Shown here piece by piece: positions 1 to 13,619 of a stretch of 64,000 bases of DNA. The notes under the pieces are model-generated. The model ran no database searches and was not told the origin of the DNA. It was given only the letters and a program-made list of their open reading frames with translations. The position numbers and the translations under genes are program-made. Origin of the DNA: Eledone cirrhosa (Eukaryota); assembly GCA_964016885.1 (NCBI GenBank), contig OZ024747.1:36270001-36334000 (forward strand). Direction: 5' to 3'. Each line of letters begins with the position of its first letter. The stretch's first letter is position 1.

Positions 1-304
1 AGAATAAAAAGAATAAGATAATAAAAGAATAACAGAATAAAATTAGAATGCGTGTGTGTTATAACCAATCTCAAAGTTTGAAAGATTTGGAAAATATTGA
101 CTTAAGTAGAAAGGCTGTGTGTCAGAATTAAGAAGTGCAAACTATTGACGGAGTTAAACACTTCAACAACACATGTACCTGTCTCTACCACACCAATTTG
201 GACTGCCTGAAAGGTCACAGCCAAGGATGGTTGTCACCGAAATATATATAGCAGTACACCTTTAATAAACGAAGCCAAATTTTAAAAATTTGACTTAATT
301 ATTT

Positions 305-307
<3 letters not shown>

Positions 308-382
<75 letters not shown>
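308..382. repeat. (TA)n microsatellite; similar tracts near 2720-2840, 11597-11648, 16387-16503, 25420-25585, 28660-28870, 58505-58622, 60124-60217, 61532-61820
   Basis: Direct reading; these tracts produce the spurious YIYIYI ORFs. Confidence 0.98.
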
Positions 383-385
<3 letters not shown>

Positions 386-1779
386 GTATAAAAGAGAAAA
401 CACAGGTAAGCATTAAGAGAAGGATTTTATCCAGGTATTTACGACCGTTTCATTGGTAAGTGCAACCTTATATTGCTATACTGAAAATAGCAGCCACTCA
501 ATTATAATTGTTGTTCACAGTCCAAATTTTCAAAATAGTAAGTTACTCTTGAAATAATTCTTAATATATAGAGAAACACATTTATTTGGAATTGTATTTA
601 CTAGTATAGAGAGAGAGGAATCAGAAGGTGAGGGGACAAACGGAATAGTATAGAGAGAGAGGAAGGGGGAAGAGGTTGGTAGTAGAGTGACAAACTGAGA
701 TGGAGGGAGGTGTAGAGGTGGAAAAAAATTATCGAACGCGCCCCCATATCGGAGTGGTATGAGAAGCTGTCGATTATGCGACCTTGAGCTGTTCCACATC
801 TTGAGTTCGAAGAATAAGTTACTCAACAATAAAATCGAAAGATCAATTTATTGTAACCATAGACTCAAAGAGAAGTTTTCGCACTACTAATCGAACCTTT
901 AACCTCTTACTACCAACTGACAAACTGCATGTACTTAGACTTTATACCCTCTTGTATCTAAACCATTTTAATTACCCACAAAACCAATGCATATATCCCT
1001 CTCTTCTCCCTCATTCCTCTTCTAATTCTTCGTTTTCTTCCTTCCTTCCCTCCCCTTCTTGGCTATCTTTTCTTTTTTTCTTTCTCACCCCCTTCTTTGC
1101 TTTTATTTTTGTCATTATTATCTTTATCTTTATTTTATATATATATATTTATCTCTTTATATCTCCCCACTCTCTCTCTCTCTCTCCCTCTCTATCCATC
1201 CCTCCCACTATGATCAATTTAATTCTCTTTAACTCACTACATTCCACGACATGATGTCTGCTATCAAAACTGACCAAAGAATCCTTCCACCTATACCCTC
1301 CCTCCATCTCAGTTTGTCACTCTACTTCCTACTACGTTGAAACCATCCATGAAACTGGCTTTCTTAACCAAGAACTGGATCACAATAAGCAATTTTTTGC
1401 TTCTCTAACTATATATATAGATTTAGGAATAACCGAAGAGTGCTTAGAAATACATTGTTTTACTAGCTAACAGTGTTTCTTCCGTACCCTAAGGCAGGAA
1501 TCATCAAGAGTATATCATTAGTTGCATGCTCCATCAAGCTGCGTCACCAGAACAAGATTAAGGGGCCAGCAAGGGGGTCCCGAGGCCAGCGCTAAATAGA
1601 AACAGACACAATTCATGACGCATATACTGTCATAAGATGTCGTAAAAAATGTCATAAAAGATTACATCAAAGATCACATCAAAGATTTATCATTTACATG
1701 GTGCAATAGATAACAAGGAGGTTGGGAGAGCGTAGCAGGGAATGAGTGAAGGTGTTACTCAGCATGGTCAAAAACAATT

Positions 1780-2540
1780 AAAAAAAAAACAAAAATAAAA
1801 AAAGTAGAAGCAAAACACCAAAAGAAACAAACTAATCAAGGCATAGATACATCAAAGCACAAGCATGTAGATACAGGATGTACAGGCAGATTAAGAGATC
1901 TTGCAAGCATGAGTCTATGAGAAGGATAGTTGGTGGAGCTTTACATGTAGGATTGTCTATAGGAAGTTTATACCGCCATGTAACAGGTCGATCCTTCGTA
2001 TCTTATCAGCACCCTACAGACAACATCCATTGGTTCCAGTTCCGATCGTTAGGCGAAGTAACACTATGTTTTCAAAACATATACTCTGGTCATTTATCCG
2101 GATAGGCAGTCAGCGATAGGCAGTCAACCCAACGTCCCAAGTGAAATTCACTGTAAGGCCAAATCGGCATCGAAACAAATTGTTATACCGTATACAATTA
2201 TACCGCTGTAAATGTAAATCGTGATGGCTATTACGTCACATAAACAGAAGGTGTGTACAGAGAAGTCCGCTTCCAGAATTACCTATGGCAGAGCGGAGGA
2301 AAATTGTTATCCATAGGATACGGAGGATCGACCTATGACAAGGTGGTATAACCTTCCTATAGACAATCCTACATCTAAAGCTGCAACAACTATCCTTCTC
2401 ACAGACTCTTGCTTGCAAGATCTCTTAATCTGCCTGTACATACTGTATCAACACTGCTTGTGCTTTGATGTATCTATGCCTTGATTTGTTTGTTTCTTTT
2501 AGTGTTTTGGTTCTGCTTTTTAAAATTTTTTTTTTTTTTA
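1780..2540. mobile_element. Foldback/MITE-like element with ~225-bp imperfect inverted arms (1780-2006 and 2313-2540)
   Basis: GGCATAGATACATCAAAGCACAAGCA...GTACAGGCAGATTAAGAGATCTTGCAAGCA is mirrored by TGCTTGCAAGATCTCTTAATCTGCCTGTAC...TGCTTGTGCTTTGATGTATCTATGCC; no credible ORF. Confidence 0.7.
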
Positions 2541-2720
2541 TATTTCTCTAAAGCATAAACTGTGGTTTTGAAATATAGATGTCAGTTTAATTGACACGGT
2601 CTAACATATGTACTTGGATATTTTAAACAGAATATAAATAGACCATTAGATATTTTCTGCATGCAATTCTATATATGAGCAAATCATATCTGAAGCAGTA
2701 ATGAGAAAGAAAAATACGAA

Positions 2721-2850
<130 letters not shown>

Positions 2851-3282
2851 GTGACACTGTGGGTACGTGTGTTTTGGCAGGCTCGTTTCTGTGGGTTGGC
2901 GTGCGCATCTGTGTTTGTGAATGTGTGTCGTTGATACAAAGAAAGGGAAAAATAAATACAGAGAGAAATACAGATAGAGGGGAGGTGAGAGTGATGGTGG
3001 CACAAATAGTAATTCAAGAAATATGATCATTAGAAAAAGGGGTGCAGATAGAACGTATAACCATTAAAATAATGTTGTCATTTTCATTGTTAATGACAAT
3101 AATGATACTGGTGATGATTAAGTTGATGGTGTTTGGGGTGAAGATGTTGTTCATGATAAAGATGATTTTGATAGTGATGATGGAGGTTATCGTATTGCCC
3201 TTGTTGATGTTTTTTACTGATGTGGTTGTTGCTGATAGTGTTGGTAGATATGGTTGTAGTAGTGGTGGTTTTGATTGTGTTG

Positions 3283-3403
3283 ATGGTAGATTGGGTAGTG
3301 TGGGTTCGTGGTTGTGTTGCTTGAGCTGGAGTCGGTAACCTTAATATTGTTACCAGCTCCAACTCAAGCAACACAACCACGAACCAAACCACACAATCTA
3401 CCA
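3283..3403. repeat. Short near-perfect palindrome (~55-bp arms, 9-nt loop)
   Basis: GGTTCGTGGTTGTGTTGCTTGAG...GGTAAC cttaatatt GTTACC...CTCAAGCAACACAACCACGAACC. Confidence 0.85.
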
Positions 3404-3530
3404 TTAAATGGTTGTGGGGGGTTTTGTGGTATTGATAATAATGGGAATGATGAGAATATTATTATTGATAGAGGGATAAAAACTTGTGTTGAGAGCTGTA
3501 AACAGGGGAGCATTACGTTAAAACCTAGAA

Positions 3531-3561
<31 letters not shown>

Positions 3562-5759
3562 AAGAAGTTAATATACGCAATAAATGCATACATACAGTTG
3601 TATATGCAGGTTCATGCACGCACAAACACGAACCAATGTAGTTTTACAGAAGACAACATAACAAAGCTGCTTCTGTGTTTTATTTGAAACTTGTCACCTA
3701 ACACTATAAACAGTTTCTGTTGGCCAGTTAGCGATATACCGTATCTTTACATAATGCATGAAGCATGACTTCCATGCTGCTAACATTACAATTCTCATCG
3801 ATCCAAATATTTACAATAGTGTCTTTATCTCACATCAGTGAGTTAGATGTGGGTCTAGAGAGCCATTTAATGATATGTTAATGGCTATGTATAGTACAAT
3901 CTCTACGAAACGTTATTATTATGTTTCCTCTATTTTTCATATATCCTTTTAAGGCTAGGAAACGCATTTATTACTCTTCGAAAAACCCTTTATTACATAA
4001 AGAAATATTATCTAACGTATAAGAAAGAAAATTAATGCAAACACACTTCGGTGTAATTTACGTTTCGTTTCTGATAACTGTAACGTTTAATCATGAGAGT
4101 CGTATGTAAACAAGGACGGTAAATATCGTTGCTTCCTACATAGCTTTATCTTCACAAAAGTATTCCAAATGTTTTCTTGGTTTGTTGTGTTTACCTATAG
4201 CTTCGCAATCCAACATTTTTATATCATATATTCAGGCATTTATACCTTTATATGTGCGAATTTGAATATGTTTTTGTTGTAAGTATACGCCTTTGAGTAA
4301 CAGTTCTGCTTATAAATATTTGTATTAAAACCTGAACAATGCTATGCATAAACAAAGATTACAAACCAATACATCTAAAATTTAGTCCGCAAGATTTCAA
4401 ATGGATATACTTTATGTATTTTTACTTGGTGTTCTTCACTTAGTTTTAGGACGTAGTTAATTATATAGATTATTGCATCGGACATATTGATGTACGAAAA
4501 ATATGGTTTGCAAAAGAATCAAAGTAAACATTCAGAACATGGATTCGATAATATTTTTGAAACTGGTCAAATCCTTCAGAAATTTAATAAAATGTATTAT
4601 TTTCCAAATACGTTTCATGGTAGCCTTTCATTTCTTCGTACTGCGAAAATCAGATAGGCATGTTCTTTTATATAATAACATAAGCATTGGGGCGAAATTC
4701 AAATGGGTCCCAAACGTGGGATGTTTACGAAGCGCCCTTCGTTACTGCTCGGTAATTTTGCATCCATTATGTTATTACAATATCGACAATGTATTTAACA
4801 CTAAATTCATGAATCCATTATAGACATCTAAGAATATTATGAGTATAATGCCAAAAGTCACTCGAAGTAATATTGAAATATCACAGTGGCTATCAAACAT
4901 TGATTTAGGAAAGATTCTTATTACCTGCGGTGCATGAAGAATAGCAGCAGAAAGCGTTTTTTGGTCTTTGCCGATATTCATTATTGTGAAAATAGCTATA
5001 TGATATATGATCTTATTAAACAGGTCACTATATAGTGTTAAGTTGAATAAATTATGATGTAATAAAATTTCCAGACATGTGAAAATTTAATGAATTGCTC
5101 ATTGATTGATATGTCTTCTGTTTGCGGATGTATGAATAGTTAAGTACCTGGATAACATGTTTGGTGGTATTTGTTCCTGTTCATTACGTTGGGTGTTCAA
5201 ATTCAGATTCAACTTAGCACTTCATCCATCGGTTTTCGATGAACTAAAGTAATATTCTCGCATGTCTGTTGCTATAATCGACTGCGAACTGTCACCAATC
5301 AATGTGTATAACTATTAACCTCATGCCCAACTGTGGATATCCAGCGACAGGTTACGTGACATATCCATAGGAGAAAAAGGCCAATACGTCCACATTGTTT
5401 GTAAAATTATACATCCAGAAAACATACAGAAAACACTTACAAGCATCATTTATTCACGCCTACACATATAACTTCATTAAAAGTAGCCTTTATTGAAATA
5501 GTATTAAGCAAAAGATTTATATATATATGTGATGTATTAATTTAACATATTTATTTTAATTACTACTGGTAGTATATTCAAACTTTGTTTGCAATAGATT
5601 ATTTTCTTTAAATAATTTCGTTGTCTCATGGTTTCGGGTTACGAAATATAATGCGCATATTCCTTATGTTATACAGAAAATGTATCCCAAATATTAGGGG
5701 AATTTTTGTTGTTTGAATTTTTTGTTTTCTAGCCCGATTTCCATCTTGTTAAAACCTAT

Positions 5760-5855
5760 TTACACGACCAAAACCCACTTTGTATCGTGCTGTAATGTTC
5801 TGTGCTGTCTCTAATATTTTTTCTTCATGTTTGCCCTTGTGGCCAATAAAGAAAG

Positions 5856-5889
<34 letters not shown>

Positions 5890-5890
5890 T
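5760..5890 (+). mobile_element. 3' end of a Tx1/L1-like LINE with (TTA)n tail
   Basis: Ends CCTTGTGGCCAATAAAGAAAGCATTATTATT, closely matching the terminus of the zf-RVT fragment at 36460-36500; a related end lies near 30940-31012. Confidence 0.6.
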
Positions 5891-8240
5891 GCATTTATCT
5901 TGCTTTATGTTTATACGAGTTATCACCAAGTCACAACCAGTGACCTCAAGAGACAACAAGGTCCGCCATGTTCAAGAAAGAACACACATATTCACACATG
6001 CATCCTTAGTGTTTAGACTTGTGATGTACTTATATTGACAGGATCTTCCTTAGTATATGGGCAGTTCCCATTAGTACTATCTTTTGTATTTTTCCTATAC
6101 GCGGGTTTCCTGGGATTTGCGATAAGTAGTCGTTAGACCCCTTAGGTATCATTCCCAGAGCGCCTACAACCACTGGTATTGTTTTAGTTCTCAATTTCCA
6201 CATTTTTCCAATTTCTATCTCCAGGTCCTTATACTTGCTCAATTTTTCAAATGTTTTTATAGATACATTCTTGTCTATTGGAACAGACATATCAATTAGC
6301 AGGCATACCCTCCTTTGAAAGTCCTTCAATATTATATCAGGTCTATTTGCATCTATTTTTCGGTCTGTTTGGATGCTAAAGTTCCACAAGATTGAGATGT
6401 GAGCTTTTTCAAGTATGGGAGGTGGTTGATGCTCCCACCAATTCTTTTGATGGGGCAGGTCAAAATGCTTGCACATTATCCAATGTATGTATTATGCAGC
6501 TCTGTCATGCCTGTTTAGGTATTCGGTTGGAGCTATAGGACTGCACATTGAAATTATATGGTCAATGGTCTCTGGTTGTTTTTTGCATAGACGGCATAAT
6601 GGGCTGCACCCATTTTTTATTATGTTGGCTTGGTAATTTTTTGTTGGCAGACACTGATCTTGTGCGGATATAATCAGTCCTTCAGTCTCCGATTTCAGTC
6701 CAGAGGATGCCAACCACTGATGGGTTAAAGTTTTGTCAACATCAGGATTGTTAGCTCGCTCTGGGTATTTTCCATACAGAGGCTTTTCTTGCCATTTCTT
6801 AGCCAGTTTCTGTAGCAGTTCTTTCTTTGCAGTTACTTTTACCTGCTTTGCTTTTTCTGTGTTTTCCATTTCAGCAGTAAATGGGACTTCTGAAATTTGT
6901 AGTCCATTACTGTATCTTTGTGCATCTTTTGTAATGGAATATGATCTTTTGGTGCTTTCGTGTTTCAAAACGAGTTTGATCATCCAATCATGTGATTCCC
7001 TTAGATATGTGGATAATCCAATTGTTGCAGTTTTCAACGCAATGTCTAACTGGATTAACCCACGTCCTCCTTCTTTCCTAGGGAGATATATTCTATCTAT
7101 GTCTGCCTTAGGGTGATGCATTCTGTGCATGGTTAACAATTTTCGGATTTTTGTATCGAGCCTACGGATCTCTGTGCTTGACCAGTTGATGACATTGTAA
7201 CTGTAGGTTACTACTGGTATGGCAAAAATGTTTATGGCATCGATCATATTCCTTACATTCAATTAGGTTCTTAAGATTGCTCCTACTCTGCGGTAACATT
7301 CCTTCCTTATCCTTTCCCTCATTGTCGAGTACTTGATTCCGTCTCCTTCACAAACACCTAGATATCTGTAAGTTTCCTCTTGATCAAGTTCTCTTATCTC
7401 ATTCTCCCGATCACGATTAATGTCTCAACTTCTCAGCAGCTTACCCCTGGTGAACGTGGCTTTGGCATAAGTGTCTATTCCAAACTCCATTTTAATATCA
7501 TCACTGAACTGCTTCACAGTGGATGATAGCCCTTGCAATTGCTCATCATTTTTTGCAAATAGTTTCAGGTCACCCATGTAGAACAAGTGATTAATGGTTT
7601 TGTCCTAGACTTTATATCCATGTTTCATTGTGCATTTTAGTTAATGGTATAAGTGTGATGTAGAATAAATGCGGTGATAAAGATTCACCCTGAAAAATTC
7701 CACAATTAATATTAACTTCTCCAGCCTCCAGTGATTTTTGTTTCACTATTCAAAAATAGTGTTGTTTTCCATATTTCCATACTGAAAGACAGGAACCTCC
7801 TGACAACGCGAGATATTTTGAAAATCATTAAACACTTTTTAATCCAACTGTGTGGCAAACTATGGAATGCTTTTTTGCAATTGATAGATTTTTCTGTCTA
7901 TTATGACTATCTTCCAGTATCCTTTTGTTAACCAAAACTGATCCTTACAGCCATATTAGCCTCGTTTTCACCCTTTCTGCTCATTGGGAAATAGATCATT
8001 TGTTATCAGGTGATTATATGTATATTCAGTTAGGACTGATGGTACACTTTTATGCATTGTAGTCAAGCAAGTTATCGGTCTGCAGTTTTTTGGATTATTT
8101 GTCTCATCATTCTTCGGAAGTAGGAATGTAATGCCGTTAACTAGCCATGATGGTATCTTTACTGGCTTCTTTTCATTGTAAAGTTTCATTGTAAAGTTGG
8201 GTTAACAGCTCATGAGACTGTGAAGGCATTTATCAAAAAA
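5891..8240 (-). mobile_element. R4/Dong-type RLE non-LTR retrotransposon, family B, 5'-truncated and degenerate
   Basis: ORF pieces contain RPITCL, RIYLPRKEGGRGL, CCHC (CRLCKKQPETIDHIISMC) and RLE (RPDIILKD..LIDMS..EKLSKY); 3' UTR matches 47030-47175; ends in TAA repeat. Confidence 0.95.
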
Positions 8241-8639
8241 ATGGTCATCTTTCCTTAGTATTTGTACTAAACATTTTGAATAAACTTGACATACAATAAT
8301 GATAATTATTATGCTGGATCGGTGCTGGTGGTGGTAAAATCGTCATTCTTTGGCTGTTGTATTTAGTGCACACAGAGGGGTTTTGTTCCATTTGTAACCA
8401 TTTTCTTTTTTGAGTATAAAATTTATAATACAAAATTAGATATTTCAGCCATATGCCAGAGTGTTATCGGAGCTCCCTTCCTGGCAGCAGGCTGATGCCT
8501 TATGTCCCATTTTCAATAAGAATTAGTATATTACAGTTGTTTTAAATATATAAAAAACGAAAAACGTACGGGAACGAATCCATAACAGTCTATCCACCAC
8601 GTACGCCTTCTATTATTATTATTGGCAGTATCGGTCGAG

Positions 8640-8770
8640 GGTCGGACGTCATGCTTTGGCGCAAAGAGTTACGACCCTTTCCATTCTGAGTTCAAATCAC
8701 GCCGAGGTTAACTTTGCCTTTCATCCTTACAGAGTCCATAAAATAAAGTACCAGTAATACACTGGGTAAT
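8640..8770 (+). mobile_element. tRNA-derived SINE fragment (Nin-domain-like); related fragments near 5195-5260 (+), 9735-9780 (-), 31013-31095 (+)
   Basis: B-box-like GAGTTCAAATC followed by TTGCCTTTCATCC...ATAAAATAAAGTACCAG; motif recurs in the window. Confidence 0.65.
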
Positions 8771-11521
8771 TTGCTGGCCTTATGACAAAAGTAGAAACAA
8801 TTATTATTGTTGTTGTTGGTGTTGTTCTGAATATCTCCTGGAGCGATATGGATGAGATAAAGCACCCATATTGAAAATAATTAACTATTTATATCCAGTC
8901 GTTCTGAAATGTAGAACTTTAAATGCTATGCTACCTGCACCGCTCTTAATAACAATATATCTTAATTATCCAGTTTTTACTCCAGAAAATTGTGAAGTAT
9001 ACACGCACACACACACATATATGTGTGTACATGTGCGTGTGTCTGTACGTGCACACGTGCGTGTGTATATATAATGCCAACATTTTGCATCTCCCCAATG
9101 AAGTTGTGATAAAATTATAAATTAGGTTTTAAAATGTATTTCCGCGCCTAGAGAAATTATCATTTTTAGCTGACTGCTGCTGGCATATTTTTATATTTGC
9201 TGGATATGTATTTTTAAAATTGTATTGCTCACGGATATTTAAAAAAATATATAATAAACATAACTGATGTGTACATTTCATAACTTGTTACGAGAACCGT
9301 TCAGATGTGACTTTAAAAAATATATCATACGTTGTTTAATTTACCGAGAATAGTCTACAAAAGGTAAATTTGATTCTGATTGAAACATTCAGTCAGCCAT
9401 ATTCTTTTATCATTATAGTTGAATTCAATTAGAGAACATTTGAATTATCAGGATTCGGTTTCCACATACAACACCTTGGCAGTATATATAGAAATTGTTC
9501 ACTTATAACAACTTGAAGCAGTTCCTAAAAAGTTTTGTTGGAATTAGACTTGGGTAGAGTATAGGACAATTGCAAATATTAAAATGATCTTATGTTAGTA
9601 ATACACTGGTATGGTAGAAAATTACAGCAGCATTCCACCTGAATAGGTAGATATTTAAATTGTCCATTTGTGGAATAATTATTATTTTATGCATAGTAAA
9701 ATAATTGTTTCTACTTTAGGCACAAGGCCAGCATTACTGGTACTTTATTTCATCGACCCCGTAAGGATGAAAGGCAAAGTAAAATAATGGAGATGTGCTA
9801 GATAACCGCTGGAGAGCAAACACATCCAACATCAATGTAACTCATTACAGGAACAAATGTAGGATTACCCTTAAATAACGTCACCTCATTGCTTAATATC
9901 AATATAATATGTGAAGGAGTGTAACTTCTCTTTATACCAACTGCATAATGTGGAAAAATATAAGGGAGGTGTCACTGGCATGATGATTCGTAAATAGTAT
10001 TGTTCCGCACAGTACTGGCAACAATATATGAACATTTTTTAATAACCCTCCCAAAAAATGAATATTCCATGTAAGTTGACAGCAAACGTTATACCCGCAG
10101 AACTTCACTGAAGACAAGAGCATTCGTTGCAACAACATGCAATCACTAAACAAAGGACTTATTTCTAACTACGTTTTCAAACAATATGTCCTTCATGGAT
10201 GTTATGTATGAATTTCAATAAATCCCTATGTTATAATTATATATAAACGCCGCCAAACCTCATTTTTTTACGCCTTCCTCAAATTGGAAATACACATTTT
10301 TAAGAACATTTCTCCTAACAGTTTTGTAGTCACATAAACTTTCAGTTGACATACTACAGTTGTTCTCAAATTTCGATATATAATATTTCATATCATTACG
10401 GATATTTTGAATTTTCTCTATTGGAATGTTCAGCTAAACCGGTATATAATATATTGGCATACACGTTATGTCATATAGCACTAGTAAATTTTGAAAACAT
10501 TGCTTGTATATGAAATTATTTGGTAAACTCGCGTATGCCAAGCATAAGCTTACAGAAGTATCTGAATATATTTTGTGTAAAAAGGTAACTACTCTACATA
10601 AGTAAATCATCTAAGGAATCTATATGAAGAATAATGAAAAAAATAACCGAAATTTAATAACCCCTCAAAGATTTTACAAAGTAATTCCGAGCCAATGCTT
10701 ATCATATCAAACTACGTAAAAGTGTCCAGGGCAAAGATGCCACAAATATACAAAACAAACGGGGATATATAGCCTCTATAAAATCCCATTCACATATTTG
10801 CCCAAAATACAATTAAGTTTATACGAAAGTATTTCAAATACGAAACAACCTGACGTCATAATTAACGATTTGGCTCTCCGTTCCAAATATATCAGTTTCA
10901 ATTTATAGACGTTTATTATTAACATTTTATAGAAGGACATAAATACTTCTACCACACCCCGAAATAATGTTCAGTTGAAAATGCCAACATATTTTTTAGA
11001 TGTCTACGTTCGTTTTTATATTGCCTTTTCCTGTCTTTTTTTGTGGGGACACGCATATCTCCGTTAAGATTTGGCGTCGGCTTTTTATTCATAAAAGAAT
11101 TAATATAATGTCTAGGGGAAAAAATGGGCATTGTGAAATTTGATGTGAAAATCATGCATTTGACAGAATTTTGAACTTAGAAATGGGAAGGGTACATGTT
11201 AAATGTGTATTCATGATTAATGTTGTTCTTTCAGGTTTTGGCAAATATTTGTATTCGTACTGTACAGTTGACCTTTTACAATATTTGAATTAGAGTTGAA
11301 CAGTATTCACATTTTTATATAAAACAAATTTGAGTATCATGTCAATACCATTAAATTAAAATGGCAAATATATATGTTACCTCAGTTTATGTCGGAGTTT
11401 GGATGCCAAAGGTCTATTATAGAATAGGGATTGTATTAACTGACAGAACTCGTAATATATGCAATATAAATACAAACGTCCACACATCTACACAGACACG
11501 TAGACACATACCCACACACTT

Positions 11522-11563
<42 letters not shown>

Positions 11564-11585
11564 ACACACACACAAACACACACAT

Positions 11586-11652
<67 letters not shown>

Positions 11653-12359
11653 CATATGTCGGAATACAAAAAACAACAACGCAGGAGTGCAAGTTACAAA
11701 TGGTATTATGTTCACGTTTAGTGTGAGTGGGGTGTGTGTATGAGCAGGAGCGGGGATGGTGGAAGGTGAGGTGTGTCTGTGTGTGTATGTGTGTGTGTGT
11801 GTAAGTATAGGTGTATGTGTGTATGTGTTTGTGTGGATGTAAGTATGAGAGTCTGGGGGAGAGCGGGGTATGTACTTCTGGGTTTTGAAAAACCATTGTG
11901 TATGTTCTGGTGGAGTGTAATATGTGTGTGTGTGTGTTTGGATGGAAAGGGGTCGGATGGGGTGGGGTACATCGTGCGGAATCCTGAGGCAGTGTGGGGG
12001 TATGTGAGGATGCGCACGTGTGTGTGTTTGTGGTGTGGAGAGGATGATGTCGGTTCATGTGAAATGTATGGTTGCTCTACCATCACCGACATACGTTCAG
12101 AAACCCGGCCCGGCGACATGCCACTATACTTTCGGACCACAACTGGGACCTCCAAGATAATAACATAAAATACAATCCTACTTGGAGCTTACTGACCAGG
12201 GCTGACTCCCACACGGGTAGGGTACACCGTGCGCAATCCGGAGGCAGTGTGGGTGTATGTGAGGATGCGTAACTGTGTGTGTATTTTTGTGGTGAAGTGA
12301 GGGTGATGTGGGTTCATGTGAAATTTATCGTTGCGTGTGTGCGAAAATTGTGGGTGGTG

Positions 12360-13610
12360 TATGTCTAAGTTTCTGAATGGTTGTCGATGTGTGTGTCAGT
12401 TCCGAGTTGGAATCGCATTGGTACCCGAGGGGTAAGCCCTGTGGAAGGATCCACAGGAATGGTGATGAAGAAGTGGAATGTTATGGCGCGCGCGCAACAG
12501 GAAGTGGTCAAGATGGGCAAATCAAGGAGCCAGGGGAGAGATGGAAGGTAAATGTGTGAGAGAGGGAGGGGTGGAGGGGAGCAGAGCAAACTGGTGAGAG
12601 GTAGTAACAGAGCTGTGAAGTGGTGGGAAGTAGTAGTCAAAAAGCGGAGGGCGTGGTTGGTGTCTGAGATGTGGAAGGGGAGGACGGTGATGAGGGGGGG
12701 GGGAGTCGAGAGAGGCAGAGATGAGTTCGGTAGGGCAGTTTCAGGCGGAGACGGTGGGGCGGCCAGGATTGTCGGATTTGTGGTTTGGGGGATGAAGTAG
12801 TCGGTGAGCGTGCGTGGGATGCAGAAGATGAGGTGGGGGAAGCGAGGAGGGACAAGGAGAGGAGGTGTTCGATGGTGAACGACAGTTGCTGCTGGTAGTG
12901 GGGGGGAGTAGAAAGGGGGGTTGCGGAGCTGCCTAGTGCCTCAGCCGTGTAGAGGTCAACGCGTAACACCACCACGGCACCTCCCTTGTCCCCCGGTTTG
13001 ATGACGATGTCATCACGATTGTGGAGGGAGCGGAGAGTGATGAAGTTCGGAGTTCGGCCCGAGTGATGTTGCTCCGTTTGGAGCTGTGGCAGAATTCGAA
13101 GCGATTTACTGCGCTACGGCAGGCGTCGACGAGGGCGTACAGTGTGCTGAATTGTCCGGATGCCGGCGTCCAAGAAGATGGTCGTCAGCGCAGGGCAAGG
13201 TAGAGGGGAGAGGGTAAGGTGTGGCGGGTTGGGTGGAGTGGTGGGGGTGTAGTTGGCGGTTGGTGGTTGGGGAAAGAAGTGAGTTGAGTTTGTGGGGCCT
13301 GGTAGATTTGAGGGAAGAGAAGAGATCGTGGTTGAGGTTATGGATTAAGAGGATGATGAAGTGGCGAGGAGGAGATGACAGGTGGAGCGCAGACGGAGGA
13401 GATGAGGAGGGGTCTGCGGTCGAGGATGCGGATGGTGGAGATGGAGGAGGGGAGTGTGGAGCGCATGAGAAGACACGAGGAGTGGGTAAGAATGTGTTGG
13501 GTGGAGGGTAAAGCGAGGGGCGGGGTGGATAAGGGGAGTCAGAAGCCATGGGGAATGAGGTGGAGGTGGGGGCAGCAGCTGAGGAAATTGATGTGTCTGG
13601 AATGCCGGGT
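12360..13610 (-). mobile_element. GC-rich degenerate Penelope-like element, N-terminal RT region
   Basis: Frameshift-corrected minus strand reads DDIVIKP-DKGGAVVV (PLE DKG motif, near 12970-13015) and HKSDNPGRPTVS..CPTELIS..ISDTNH. Confidence 0.75.
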
Positions 13611-13619
13611 CTTAGCGAA

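Noticed and set aside
420-1400. Possible old PLE remnant with a ~50-bp inverted repeat (676-722 and 1285-1333)
   Set aside because: Too decayed; neither a protein motif nor a complete hammerhead could be supported.
4920-4996. Possible minus-strand exon (YFHNNEYRQRPKNAFCCYSSCTA, CAG/GTAATA)
   Set aside because: Weak splice signals, no recognisable homology and no partner exons.
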